A DNA stretch of 64,000 nucleotides from Euprymna scolopes (lineage: Eukaryota), in the NCBI GenBank assembly GCA_053919585.1, contig CM132795.1, one strand, 5' to 3'. Both the position numbers and the translations under genes were made by a program. Under the pieces are notes generated by a model, which made no database searches, was not told where the DNA came from, and saw nothing but the letters and a program-made list of their open reading frames with translations. The first letter of the stretch is position 1; each line of letters starts with the position of its first letter. Below are positions 12,813-25,300 of the stretch, piece by piece.

Positions 12813-14469
12813 CTGTTGGCAACAAACAAACAATCAAAGAAAAATTATAGGAAATAATTACCCTTCTTTTGATCCCATAGTTGCGCAGGGTAAACGAGTA
12901 ACTATAATCTTATTATTATTATAGTTTATTCGTCGGTATTCAGTATTTCTTCCTTCCTTCCTTTCTTTCACGTTCGTTCTCTATCTCTCCAGAGTAATGG
13001 AAAAAGAAAATGACTTCAAATACCTGAGTTACCTGTGTTTAGTAATTTAGTTTTAAACACCGGTGTCCATTGCTGTTGATGTTCTTGAATATTTTTCGTG
13101 CAATCTGACCTTTTTCTTGTGATATGTTTACCTGTTGGTCATTACTTGTTTCATTTACCTGTTTGGTTCCTTTGCCCGGTGTAGAAAACTTTCAAATATA
13201 CACATGTAGACATTCTATATTTAAACATATAAATGGTACTAACTATCTAAATGAAGAAAACCTTTGCAGGCATGTGGTCTAAGATCATGTAGCAGTTGGA
13301 ATACGGGAGGAGACACACAAGTTGTATGCATATATGTATACGTTAAATTGTTTGATTTGTGTATTGTTTATTGCGTAATACTGATGTGTATATAAATATA
13401 ATTCTTGTAGCTTGGATAATTAAAGTAGAAATATATCATTGTAAATACAGTTTTATAATACGCTTTATTGTTTGCATTTTGCTCTCGAAATATATTCATA
13501 TTTTAAATTAGTTTGATATACTTACGTTCTAAATATAAATACTATATTTTTTATGTCGGCTTTCAACTTAATGTTTATATTTATAAAAGAAACTTGCAAT
13601 TAAAATAAATACTTTATTTCCTTATAATCGTGTAAGTTTATTATTGACACATATATCAGCAACGCATACGACTTTGAAAATATAGAACAATGAAAACGAA
13701 GAATACACTTGAGAACGCCGACGTGGCACATTGATTCATATTAATAGCTATGAGAATAAATTAAACAAAAGTATAATAACTATGATATTGTCTGGATAAA
13801 AGATGTAACTAATCATCTTTTTTATATTCCTATCATATATGTATTTAACTATTTATTATTTATTTAAAAGTAGACTAAAATGAGAACTATTTTAAGAAAC
13901 GTTGAAATACTAGATTCTAAGACTTCCTTTATAAATGAACTCTTTTTAGTGATTAGATAATTTTGAATCAATTAATCAATATTATTTAATTATTATTTCC
14001 TTAACTTATCATTTGCAATAAACAATTCGAATATATGTACTTAATACCTGAATAATATTGTTGCTTCTATAATCCTGAAATACATAATTCATGTCGATAA
14101 AATATCAAACAAGAAATTTATAGACTTACAAACTGATAAAACGAAAAAGAGAAATCAAAATAAGATGAAACAATAAGATAATTTCACATAAAACATTAAG
14201 TTGAGTCTTTCCTTCCATCTGTCTGTTCGTCTACGAAATGAAAGCAAACACCAGATAAATTAGAAAAACGTTTGTTCTTTACAAACGTATGAACGTATCA
14301 AGTCAGTGAAAATATGGGTAATACGAAAATGATTCGTCACGATAATTTATCACGTCAAAAGTTGGAGAGTCAACGTATGTACATGCGTGTGTATGTATAT
14401 GTGTCTGTGAATATGTATATATGATCAAGCTCATATATTCATGCATACAGAAGCATATACATAAACGTA

Positions 14470-14951
14470 CATTATTCAAACACATTTGATTGAACAAGGC
14501 AGTTTTATTCTTTTTCCCCGATTTTACTGGATATCTTTTCGATTCGACGAGCAGTCTTTTTTATTTCAATCGGCATATTGTACAGAATTGCGCCCAAAAG
14601 TTGTTGTTCAGCAATATTCTACTCAAGCGTTTTCTATCGGTGCGTCCGATTATCATCAGGAATGATTGTTGTTGTTGTTGTTGTTTTCTTGTCCTTTTCC
14701 TTGAAGGCTTGGTGTATTTATAGTTGTTGTTTTTTGTTAAAGGTGGGTGCAGGATGGTTAGGGGCGAATTATTTTTAGTTTTAATTTACATTTTTTATTT
14801 ATTGTTTATTTAACTTCTTGTTAGTTATTAAATGCTGTTAGTACATTTGTCCCGGTGTTAAATGAGATCCGGTTAAAATCGATAAGATATCCAGAAAAAT
14901 CGGGAAAAAAGTATAACTCTGTCGTGTTCAATCAGATGTGCTTGAATAATG
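14470..14951. mobile_element. Fold-back/MITE-like element, ~480 bp, with imperfect ~75-bp terminal inverted repeats
   Basis: Left end CATTATTCAAACACATTTGATTGAACAAGGCAG...CCCGATTTTACTGGATATCTTTTCGAT versus reverse complement of the right end CATTATTCAAGCACATCTGATTGAACACGACAG...CCCGATTTTTCTGGATATCTTATCGAT. No clear TSD. Confidence 0.75.
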
Positions 14952-16316
14952 ACTTGCTACCAAAATATAAAAATATAAACGTACATATACAACATAGTTA
15001 CATATTTGTATGTTTACTCATACATATAGATAAATATGTGTACAAAATAAACGTCATATTCCTGATGTCGTACTGATGTATTGCAATTATATTTAAATAT
15101 CCCTATCAATCAATCTTTGTCTCTCTATCGATGCATCTATCATTCGATCTCTATATACAATGAGTTATTTGAAGACTAGCTCATGTAAAGGCACCAAAAA
15201 TAAAACGTACAGTAAAATAATAAGAAAACATTGTATTTGAGGTGAAATACATAGTTACTTTACTAATCAGATAAATGTTGAGCGAACGTGTAATTTTTTT
15301 ATTAATTAATTGCAAAATTATAAATACAACTATTTGTATTCTGACATTGAAAACTTTTTGACGCCATTTTATCATGAACTGATAATTAACTAAGCTCAGT
15401 TTAACGAGATGTAGAAATACTTAGGTTCCTATTAAATAAGTTATAAATAATAATAGAATACATAAACCATCAGAAAATAGTAATATTATGAATATATTTA
15501 CCAATTGCATGGCTATTTACATACCCTCGTTTTTTATCTTGTTATTATGATTGTTTTACTGAGGAGCAGCTAATGTGTTATATTAATTTCACAACACACA
15601 CAACACACACGCATATTTATGTATATATAAGCGATTTATCTAATTATCTAGTCATTTTAATACATTTTATTACATATAAGGATAAAAAACCGTATTAAAT
15701 CCACCAAAAGCATAATCTAAAGTTCCTTATTTGAATATTATAATCGTTTAAATATAAAATATGATTAATCACGAAAGCAAGTAGAGTGATTAAGGCAAAA
15801 TAAAATTGATTTGGGTTTTATCAGAAATTAGTGAAACGTGTTATTGTCTTTTTTATGAGCAACTTGTAACCTCACGTGTTCCAACATCTACGCTGATACA
15901 AATACATAAAAATACGAATACAGCACAAAAAATTGCAGCACCAAAAAAATTAAAAAAAAAACAAAAATTCACAACCAAAGAGAAATAAACAAAAAAAAAA
16001 CTGATTATGCTTCGTTTTTCCTAAATTAAAATTATTTTATGTAAATTATTAAGAGCGCGAAGCTCAAAGTACCTATTAGTGTGCGAAACATTGCCGCCTA
16101 TCCTTGTGTTATGATGAAGGTGCACGGCAGAAAAGCAAGTAAAATAATAAAATAAAAACGTCAATATACTTCACACAAAAGAGATGAAAAAATAAAAAAA
16201 GAAACAATAAACATTGAGAATTTTGCGGGATTCAATGGGGGTATGTGCAAGCGAGAGCAAAACTTGAGAAAATAGCCATGCAAACAAAAAACCTTTCGAT
16301 GCTTTTAATAATCTTC

Positions 16317-19300
16317 TTATACAGTGAAAGCTGGATGCATTTCCAATAGTTTAAACATACCACCCTCCCCATCTGATCTCCTACTTGTAGATAGTTTGGA
16401 TGATTCGCTCGTTTCGGACTTCTCGGAACCTGAAGACTTTAAGGATGTTTTAGTAAATACATCACTTTTGCTTGTAAAGATCTTTGCAGCAGACGATTTC
16501 ATTTCGATCCTGGCATCTGTTGGAACTTCCTTCATCTTTTCTAAGATTTCTTTTTCAAAATTCGATTCGATAGATTTAAATGAAAACCCATCATTAGCTG
16601 TAGCTGCGTCGTCATCGGACAGCTTTTGATTCTTAATTATCTTCATGCTACTTGTGTCGTTAAAGAAATCTTCATGGTTGACACCATTGGTAAGCTGCGA
16701 GACAATTGACTTCGCCAAAAACTTAGTACTCTTACTGCTAGTCTTATGTTCAGAGAGATGAAATTCTTCAACTTCAGTGGCAGTTGACGAATCCTGAACG
16801 CCGTTGTATTCGATATGTCTATTGTTCGACAACTGAGATATCTTAACGCACCCAGTACTCTTCTGCGAGTCAAATGGTGAAGATGAGTCAATGATGTCAA
16901 GATCAGATGGACGATAATCACCATTATTATCGTGATCGCCATTTCTCGAAGACACTGGGAATTTACTAGAATCAGGCGAGCTGGCCTGCCTTTCTGACTC
17001 ATCTTTTTCAGAAAATACAGGGGATTTATCTGATTTGCCATTTTCAGAAGTTACTGGGAACTTACTAGAGCGTGTCGACTTTCCAAAGTTTTCTTGCACA
17101 TCTTTTATCTTAGAAGATTCTAATGTTAAGGATAACTCAGAAGAGTTTTTTAATATTACTGCAGACTTAGCAAAATCTTCTGATTCAGCTTCTTGGTAAA
17201 GTATCGGAAACTTAGCCGATTCTGATGTTTTATGGGACCTAACTGTGTCTTCTCGTTCAACTTCTATGGAAGTCACTAAAGATTTAAAACCTTTTGAAGT
17301 TATTGGAGATTTAGCGGAGGTATCTGAAGAGAGCGAGAATTTAGCATGGTCCAATGTTACTGGAGATTTAGTTAAGGTTTTAGATTCACCTTCTTCGGAA
17401 GATACAGGAGCTTCTGATATTACAGGTGACTGGACGGGCTTTTTTGATTCAGCTTTTTTGGAATGTATGGGGGACTTAGGTAAGTCTGATCTTACTGTAG
17501 ACTGGGCGGATTTTTCTGATTGCGTTTTTTCCGAAATATCAGCAGACATTGCCGGTTTTGATGTAACTGAGGATTGTGTAGATTTTTCGAATTGCAGTTT
17601 TTCAGTAAGTACAGTGGATTTAAATTGTTCTAATGTTACTTGAGATTGGACGGACTTTTCTAATTCGGCTATGTCAGAAGTTACCTGCAACTTGGCCGGA
17701 TCCGATACCATTGAATATCTAGTGAGATTTACAGACTCATCTTTCTCAAAAGGCACAGATGTCTTAGAATGTTTATATGTTATTGAGGATTTAGCACTAT
17801 CTGATTCATACTTTTCGGAATATTTTGCAATCTGAGACGTTTCTGAATTTACTAGGGATTGAATCGACATGTCGGATACAGCTTTTTCATGTGATAGAGA
17901 GAACTGAGACGGTTCTAAGAGTACCGGGGACTTTGCGGACTTTTCTGATTCAGCTTTTTCAGAAGCTACAGGAGATTTAGCGTGTTCGGAAGTTACTGGG
18001 GATTTAACCGACTTTTCTGATTCAGCTTTTTCAGAAGCTACAGGAGATTTAGCCGGTTCTGAAGTTACTGGGGATTTAGTGGGCCTTTCTGATTCAGCCT
18101 TTTCAGAAGCTATGGGGGATTGTGCCGGTTCTGAAGTTACCGGAGATTTAGTGGACTTTTCTGATTCAGCTCTTTCAGAAGCTACGGAAGATTTAGCCGG
18201 TTCTGAAGTTATAGGGGATGTTACGGACTTATCTGATTCAGCTTTCTCAGAAGCTACCGGGGATCGAGCGTGTTCAGAAGTTACTGGGGATTTAGCGGAC
18301 TTTTCTGATTCAGCTTTTTCAGAAGCTATCGGGGATTGAGCCGGTTCTGAAGTTACCGGAGATTTAACGGATTTATCTGATTCAGCTTTTTCATAAGCTA
18401 CGGGGAATTGAGCGGATTCCGAAGTTACCGGAGATTTAGCGGACTTTTCTGATTCAGCTTTTTCAGAGGTTACCGGGGATTGAGCCGGTTCTGAAGTTAC
18501 TGGGGATTTAGCAGACTTTTCAGATTCAGCTTTTTCAGAAGCTACAGGGGATTGAGACGGTTCTGAAGTTACCGGAAATTTATCGGACTTTTCTGATTCA
18601 GCTTTTTCAGAAGCTACAGGGGATTTAACCGGTTCTGAAGTTACTGGGGATTTAGAAGACTTTTCAGATTCAGCTTTTTCAGAACCTACAGGGGATTGAG
18701 ACGGTTCTGAAGTTACTGGGGATTTAGCGGACTTTTCAGATTCAGCTTTTTCGGAGGTTACCGGGAATTGAGCTGGTTCTGAAGTTACCGGAGATTTAGC
18801 CGACTTTTCTGATTCAGCTTTTTCGGAGGTTACCGGGGATTGAGCCGGTTCTGAAGTTATCGGGGATTTATCGGATTTTTCTGATTCAGACCTTCCGGAA
18901 GCTACGGGGGATTGAGCCGGTTCTGAAGTTACCGGAGATTTAGCGGACTTTTCAGATTCAGCTTTTTCAGAAGCTACAGGGGATCGTGCGTGTTCTGAAG
19001 TTACCGGGGATTTAGCGGACTTTTGTGATTCAGGTTTTTCAGATGTTACCGGGGATTGAGCCGGTTCTGAAGTTATCGGGGATTTAGCAGACTTTTCAGA
19101 TTCAGCTCTTTCAGAAGCTACCGGGGATTGAGCCGTTTCTGAAGTTACCGGAGATTTAGCGGACTTTTCAGATTCAGCTTTTTCAGAAGCTACAGGGGAT
19201 TGAACCGGTTCTGAAGTTACTGGTGATTTAGCGGACTTTTCTGATTCAGCTTTTTCAGAGGTTACCGGGGATTGAACCGGTTCTGAAGTTATCGGGAATT

Positions 19301-22300
19301 TAGCGGACATTTCTGATTCAGCTTTTTCAGAAGCTACCGGGGATTGAGCTGGTTCTGAAGTTACTGGGGATTTAGCGGACTTTTCAGATTCAGCTTTTTC
19401 AGAAGCTACCGGGGATTGAGCCGGTTCTGAAGTTACTGGGGATTTAGCAGACTTTTCTGATTCAGCTTTTTCAGAGGCTACGGGGGATTGAGACGGTTCT
19501 GAAGTTACTGGGGATTTAGTGGACTTTTCAGATTCAGCTTTTTCGGAGGTTACCGGGGATTGAGCCGGTTCTGAAGTTATCGGAGATTTAGCGGACTTTT
19601 CTGATTCAGCACTTCCGGAAGCTACGGGGGATTGAGCCGGTTCTGAAGTTACCGGAGATTTAGCGGACTTTTCAGATTCAGCTTTTTCAGAAGCTACAGG
19701 GGATCGTGCGTGTTCTGAAGTTACCGGGGATTTAGCGGATTTTTGTGATTCAGCTTTTTCAGATGTTACCGGGGATTGAGCCGGTTCTGAAGTTATCGGG
19801 GATTTAGCAGACTTTTCAGATTCAGCTCTTTCAGAAGCTACCGGGGATTGAGCCGTTTCTGAAGTTACCGGAGATTTAGCGGACTTTTCAGATTCAGCTT
19901 TTTCAGAAGCTACAGGGGATTGAACCGGTTCTGAAGTTACTGGTGATTTAGCGGACTTTTCTGATTCAGCTTTTTCAGAGGTTACCGGGGATTGAACCGG
20001 TTCTGAAGTTATCGGGAATTTAGCGGACATTTCTGATTCAGCTTTTTCAGAAGCTACCGGGGATTGAGCTGGTTCTGAAGTTACTGGGGATTTAGCGGAC
20101 TTTTCTGATTCAGCTTTTTCAGAAGCTACAGGGGATTGAACCGGTTCTGAAGTTACTGGGGATTTAGCGGACTTTTCAGATTCAGCTTTTTCAGAAGCTA
20201 CCGGGGATTGAGCCGGTTCTGAAGTTACTGGGGATTTAGCAGACTTTTCTGATTCAGCTTTTTCAGAGGCTACGGGGGATTGAGACGGTTCTGAAGTTAC
20301 TGGGGATTTAGTGGACTTTTCAGATTCAGCTTTTTCGGAGGTTACCGGGAATTGAGCTGGTTCTGAAGTTACCGGAGATTTAGCCGACTTTTCTGATTCA
20401 GCTTTTTCGGAGGTTACCGGGGATTGAGCCGGTTCTGAAGTTATCGGAGATTTAGCGGACTTTTCTGATTCAGCACTTCCAGAAGCTACGGGGGATTGAG
20501 CCGGTTCTGAAGTTACCGGAGATTTAGCGGACTTTTCAGATTCAGCTTTTTCAGAAGCTACAGGGGATCGTGCGTGTTCTGAAGTTACCGGGGATTTAGC
20601 GGATTTTTGTGATTCAGCTTTTTCAGATGTTACCGGGGATTGAGCCGGTTCTGAAGTTATCGGGGATTTAGCAGACTTTTCAGATTCAGCTCTTTCAGAA
20701 GCTACCGGGGATTGAGCCGTTTCTGAAGTTACCGGAGATTTAGCGGACTTTTCAGATTCAGCTTTTTCAGAAGCTACAGGGGATTGAACCGGTTCTGAAG
20801 TTACTGGAAATTTAGCGGTCTTTTCTGATTCAGCTTTTTCAGAGGTTACCGGGGATTGAGCTGGTTCTGAAGTTATCGGGGATTTAGCGGACTTTTCTGA
20901 TTCAGCTTTTTCAGAAGCTACCGGGGATTGAGCTGGTTCTGAAGTTACTGGGGATTTAGCGGACTTTTCTGATTCAGCTTTTTCGGAGGTTACCGGGGAT
21001 TGAGCTGGTTCTGAAGTTACTGGGGATTTAGCAGACTTTTCTGATTCAGGTCTTTTGGAGGTTAACGGGGATTGAGCTGGTTCTGAAGTTACTGGGGATT
21101 TAGCGGACTTTTCTGATTCAGCTTTTTCAGAAGCTACGGGTGATTGAGCCGAATCTGAAGTTACCGGAGATTTAGCGGACTTTTCAGATTCAGCTTTTTC
21201 AGAAGCTACAGGGGATAGTGCGTGTTCTGAAGTTTCCGCGGATTTAGCGGACTTTTGTGATTCAGCTTTTTCAGAGGTTAGCGGGGATTGAGCCGGTTCT
21301 GAAGTTATCGGGGATTTAGCGGACTTTTCTGATTCAGCTCTTTCAGAAGCTACCGGGGATTGAGCCGTTTCTGAAGTTACCGGAGATTTAGCGGACTTTT
21401 CTGATTCAGCTTTTTCAGAACCTACAGGGGATTGAACCTGTTCTGAAGTTACTGGTGATTTAGCGGACTTTTCTGATTCAGCTTTTTCAGAGGTTACCGG
21501 GGATTGAGCTGGTTCTGAAGTTATCGGGGATTTAGCGGACTTTTCTGATTCAGCTCTTTCAGAAGCTACAGGGGATTGAACCGGTTCTGAAGTTACCGGA
21601 GATTTAGCGGTTTTTTCTGATTCGGCTTTTTCAGAAGCTATTGGGGATCGTGCGTGTTCTGAAGTTACTGGGGATTTAGCGGACTTTTCTGATTCAGCTC
21701 TTTCAGAGGTTACCGGGGATTTAGCCGGTTCTGAAGTTACCGGGGATTTATCGGACTTTTGGGATTCAGCTTTTTCAGAAACTACGGGGGATTGAGCCGG
21801 TTCTGAAATTAACGGAGATTTAGCGGACTTTTCTGATTCGGCTTTTTCAGAAGCTACGGGGGATTGAGCCGGTTCTGAAGTTACTGGGGATTTAGCGGAC
21901 TTTTCTGATTCAGCTTTTTCAGAAGCTACAGGGGATTGAACCGGTTCTGAAGTTACTGGGAATTTAGCAGACTTTTCAGATTCAGCTTTTTCAGAAGCTA
22001 CGGGGGATTGAGACGGTTCTGAAGTTACCGAAGATTTAGCGGACTTTTCAGATTCAGCTTTTTCAGAAGCTATAGGGGATTGAACCGGTTCTGAAGTTAC
22101 TGGGGATTTAGCGGACTTTTCAGATTCAGGTTTTTCAGACGTTACCGGGGATTGAGCTGGTTCTGAAGTTATCGGGGATTTAGCTGACTTTTGTGATTCA
22201 GCTTTTTCAGAAACTACCTCGGATTGAGCAGGTTCTGAAGTTACCGGGGATGTAGCGTTTTTTTCTGATTCAGCTTTTTCAGAAGCTACGGGGGATTGAG

Positions 22301-25300
22301 ACGGTTCAGAAGTTACCGGAGATTTAGCGGACTTTTCAGATTCAGCTTTTTCAGACGCTACAGGAGATCGTGCGTGTTCTGAAGTTACTGGGGATTTAGC
22401 GGACTGTTCGGATTCAGCTTTTTCAGAGGTTACCGGGGATTGAGCCGGTTCTGAAGTTTTCGGGGATTTAGCGGACTTTTCTGATTCAGCTTTTTCAGAA
22501 GCTACCGGGGATTGAGACGGTTCTGAAGTCACCGGAGATTTAGCGGACTTTTCAGAATTAGTTTTTACAGAAGCTACCGGGGATTGAGCCGGTTCTGAAG
22601 TTATCGGGGATTTAGCGGACTTTTCTGATTCAGCTTTTTCAGAAGTTGTCGGGGATTGAACCGGTTCTGAAGTTATCGGGGAGGTAGCGGACTTTTCTGA
22701 TTCAGAATTTTCAGAAACTGCGGGGGATTGAGGCGGCTCTGAAGTTACCGGAGATTTAGTGGACTTTTCAGCATTAGTTTTTTCAGAAGCTACAGGGGAT
22801 CGAGCGTGTTCTAAAGTTACCGGAGATTTAGCGAATTTTTCTAATTCAGCTTTTTCAGAGCCTACGCGTGACCTAACTAGTTCTAGATTTACTCGATAGT
22901 TAGCGGACAATTCTGATTCAGCTTTTTCAGAAACTACGTTAGACTTAGCTTGTTCTGACGTTACTGGTGATGTATTGGACTTTTCTGTTTCAGCATCCTC
23001 GGGAGTTAAAGGCGACTTTGAAGTTTCTGATAGTACTGCAGACTGTATATTTTTTTCCGGTTTAGCAAGTTCGCAAAGTATTGGGGAATTCGGATGTCTC
23101 GCTGTTTGTGGAGATTTAGCTGCTGTTTCTGATTCAACTTTTTCGATGTCTATAGGGGGCATAGAACTCTCTGTTCTTACTTGGGACTTAGCATTTTTTT
23201 CTAATTCACCTTTTTCGGAAAAAACTGGAGACTTAGCCGGTTTTGGTGATACTTGTGATTTAGATGGTTTTTCTGATTCAAATATTTTCGAGGTTATAGT
23301 GGATTTCGAACCCTCTGGTGTTAGTTGGAACTTAGCAGATGTTTCTGACTCGGCTTTTCTCGATGTTACAGGGTACTTAGCAGATTCTTCTATTAATGGA
23401 GACTTAGCAGATTTTTTGGATTCAGCTTTTTGGGAAGTTATCGGGGACTTTGAACACTTTTTGGATTCGGCCTGTTCTGAAGGATCAGGAGATTTTCTTT
23501 TTTCAGCATGTATTGTAGGGGACTTTTGTTTTTCGGAAGTTGTTAGTGATATTCTTGATATTGATAGTGATACTTCTGGTTTCAATACGGCCTGCCTTTC
23601 TGTCGGCAGAGAATACACATCATGTTGTGAAGTGATAAGAGATATTGTGGCTTTTTCACTGGCCACTTTCTCTTTGGATAGAGAGTAATTACCTTCATAT
23701 GTTGTTCCAGGTGACTTGGCCGTTTGTTTATATTCTTCCTTCTCTGTGGGAACTGGTGACTTGGATTTTTCCGATTCAACTTTTTCAGGTATCTCAGGAG
23801 ATTTAACAGAATGTTCTTGACTCTTGTCACTTTCAGATGCAACAGGAGACTTAGCAGATTTTTCTGATTCAGCCTTTTCAGAAGGTACCGGAGACTTAGC
23901 AGATTTTTCTGATTCAGCCTTTTCAGAAGGTACCGGAGACTTAGCAGACGTTTCTGATTCAGCCTTTTCTGAAGGAACCGGAGACTTAGCAGATTTTTCT
24001 GATTCAGCCTTTTCAGAAGGTACCGGAGACTTAGAAGTTTCTGGTGTTGCTGGAGACTTGGCAGATTTTTCTGATTCAGCCTTTTCTGAGGGTACTGGAG
24101 ATTTAGCAGGTTCTGATATTACAGGAGACTCAGCAGATTTTTCTGATTCAGCCTTTTCCGAAGCGACCGGAGACTTTTCAGGTTCAGATGCTACAGGAGA
24201 TTTAGTAGATTTTTCTGATTCCGCCTTATCCGAAGGAACTGGAGATTTTGCAGGTTCTGATATTGCTGGAGACTTAGCAGATTTTTCTGATTCAGTTTTT
24301 TCTGAAGGTACAGGGGATTTTGCAGGTTCCGATGGTACGGGGGACTTAGCAGATTTTTCTGATTCAGCCTTTTCGGATGGTACAGGGGATTTAGCAGGTT
24401 CAGATGGTACGGGGGACTTATCAGATTTTTCTGATTCAGCTTTTTCTGAAGGTACAGGAGATTTTGCAGGTTCCGATGGTACGGGAGACTTTGCGGATTT
24501 TTCTGATTCAGCCTTTTCAGATGGAACTGGTGATTTAGCAGGTTCCGATGGTACGGGGGACTTCGCGGATTTTTCTGATTCAGCTTTTTCAGATGAAACT
24601 GGTGATTTAGCAGGTTCTGATGGTACGGGGGACTTATCAGATTTTTCTGATTCAGTTTTTTCTGAAGGTACAGGGGATTTAGCAGGTTCAGGTGGTACGG
24701 GGGACTTATCGGATTTTTCTGATTCATCCTTTTCGGATGGTACAGGGGATTTAGCAGGTTCAGATGGTACGGGGGACTTATCAAACTTTTCTGATTCAGC
24801 TTTTTCTGAAGTTACAGGAGATTTAGCAGGTTCCGATGGTACGGGAGACTTTACGGATTTTTCTGATTCAGCCTTTTCGGATGGTGCAGGGGATTTAGCA
24901 GGTTCCGATGGTACGGGGGACTTAGCAGATTTTTCTGATTCAGCCTTTTCGGATGGTGCAGGGGATTTAGCAGGTTCAGATGGTATAGGTGACTTAGCGG
25001 ATTTTTCTGATTCAGCTTTTTCAGAGGGTACTGGGCTTCGAGCAGGAGACTTAGTTGATTGTTCTGACTCTGCTTTCTCGGATGTCATAGGAGACTTTGC
25101 CGATTTTTCGGATTCAGCTTTTTCAGATGTCATAGGAGACGTAGCTGATTTTTCAGATTCGGCTTTTTCAGAAGGCACTGGAGATTTATCATGTTCTGAT
25201 TTTACTGACTCAGCTTTTTCAGAACCTTTATACGATTTTTCAGATTCTGCTTTCTCTGTTGTAACTGGAGATTTCACAGTAGGAGATTCGAGCTCCGACT

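Noticed and set aside
24191-24784. Alternative-frame minus-strand ORFs (LNQKNL... repeats; also 16643, 23582, 25364 and 25889)
   Set aside because: Out-of-frame readings of the same repeat exon.
17920-25280. CRISPR-like regularly spaced repeat
   Set aside because: The units are contiguous, in-frame coding repeats with no unique spacers, in a eukaryotic context with no cas genes.
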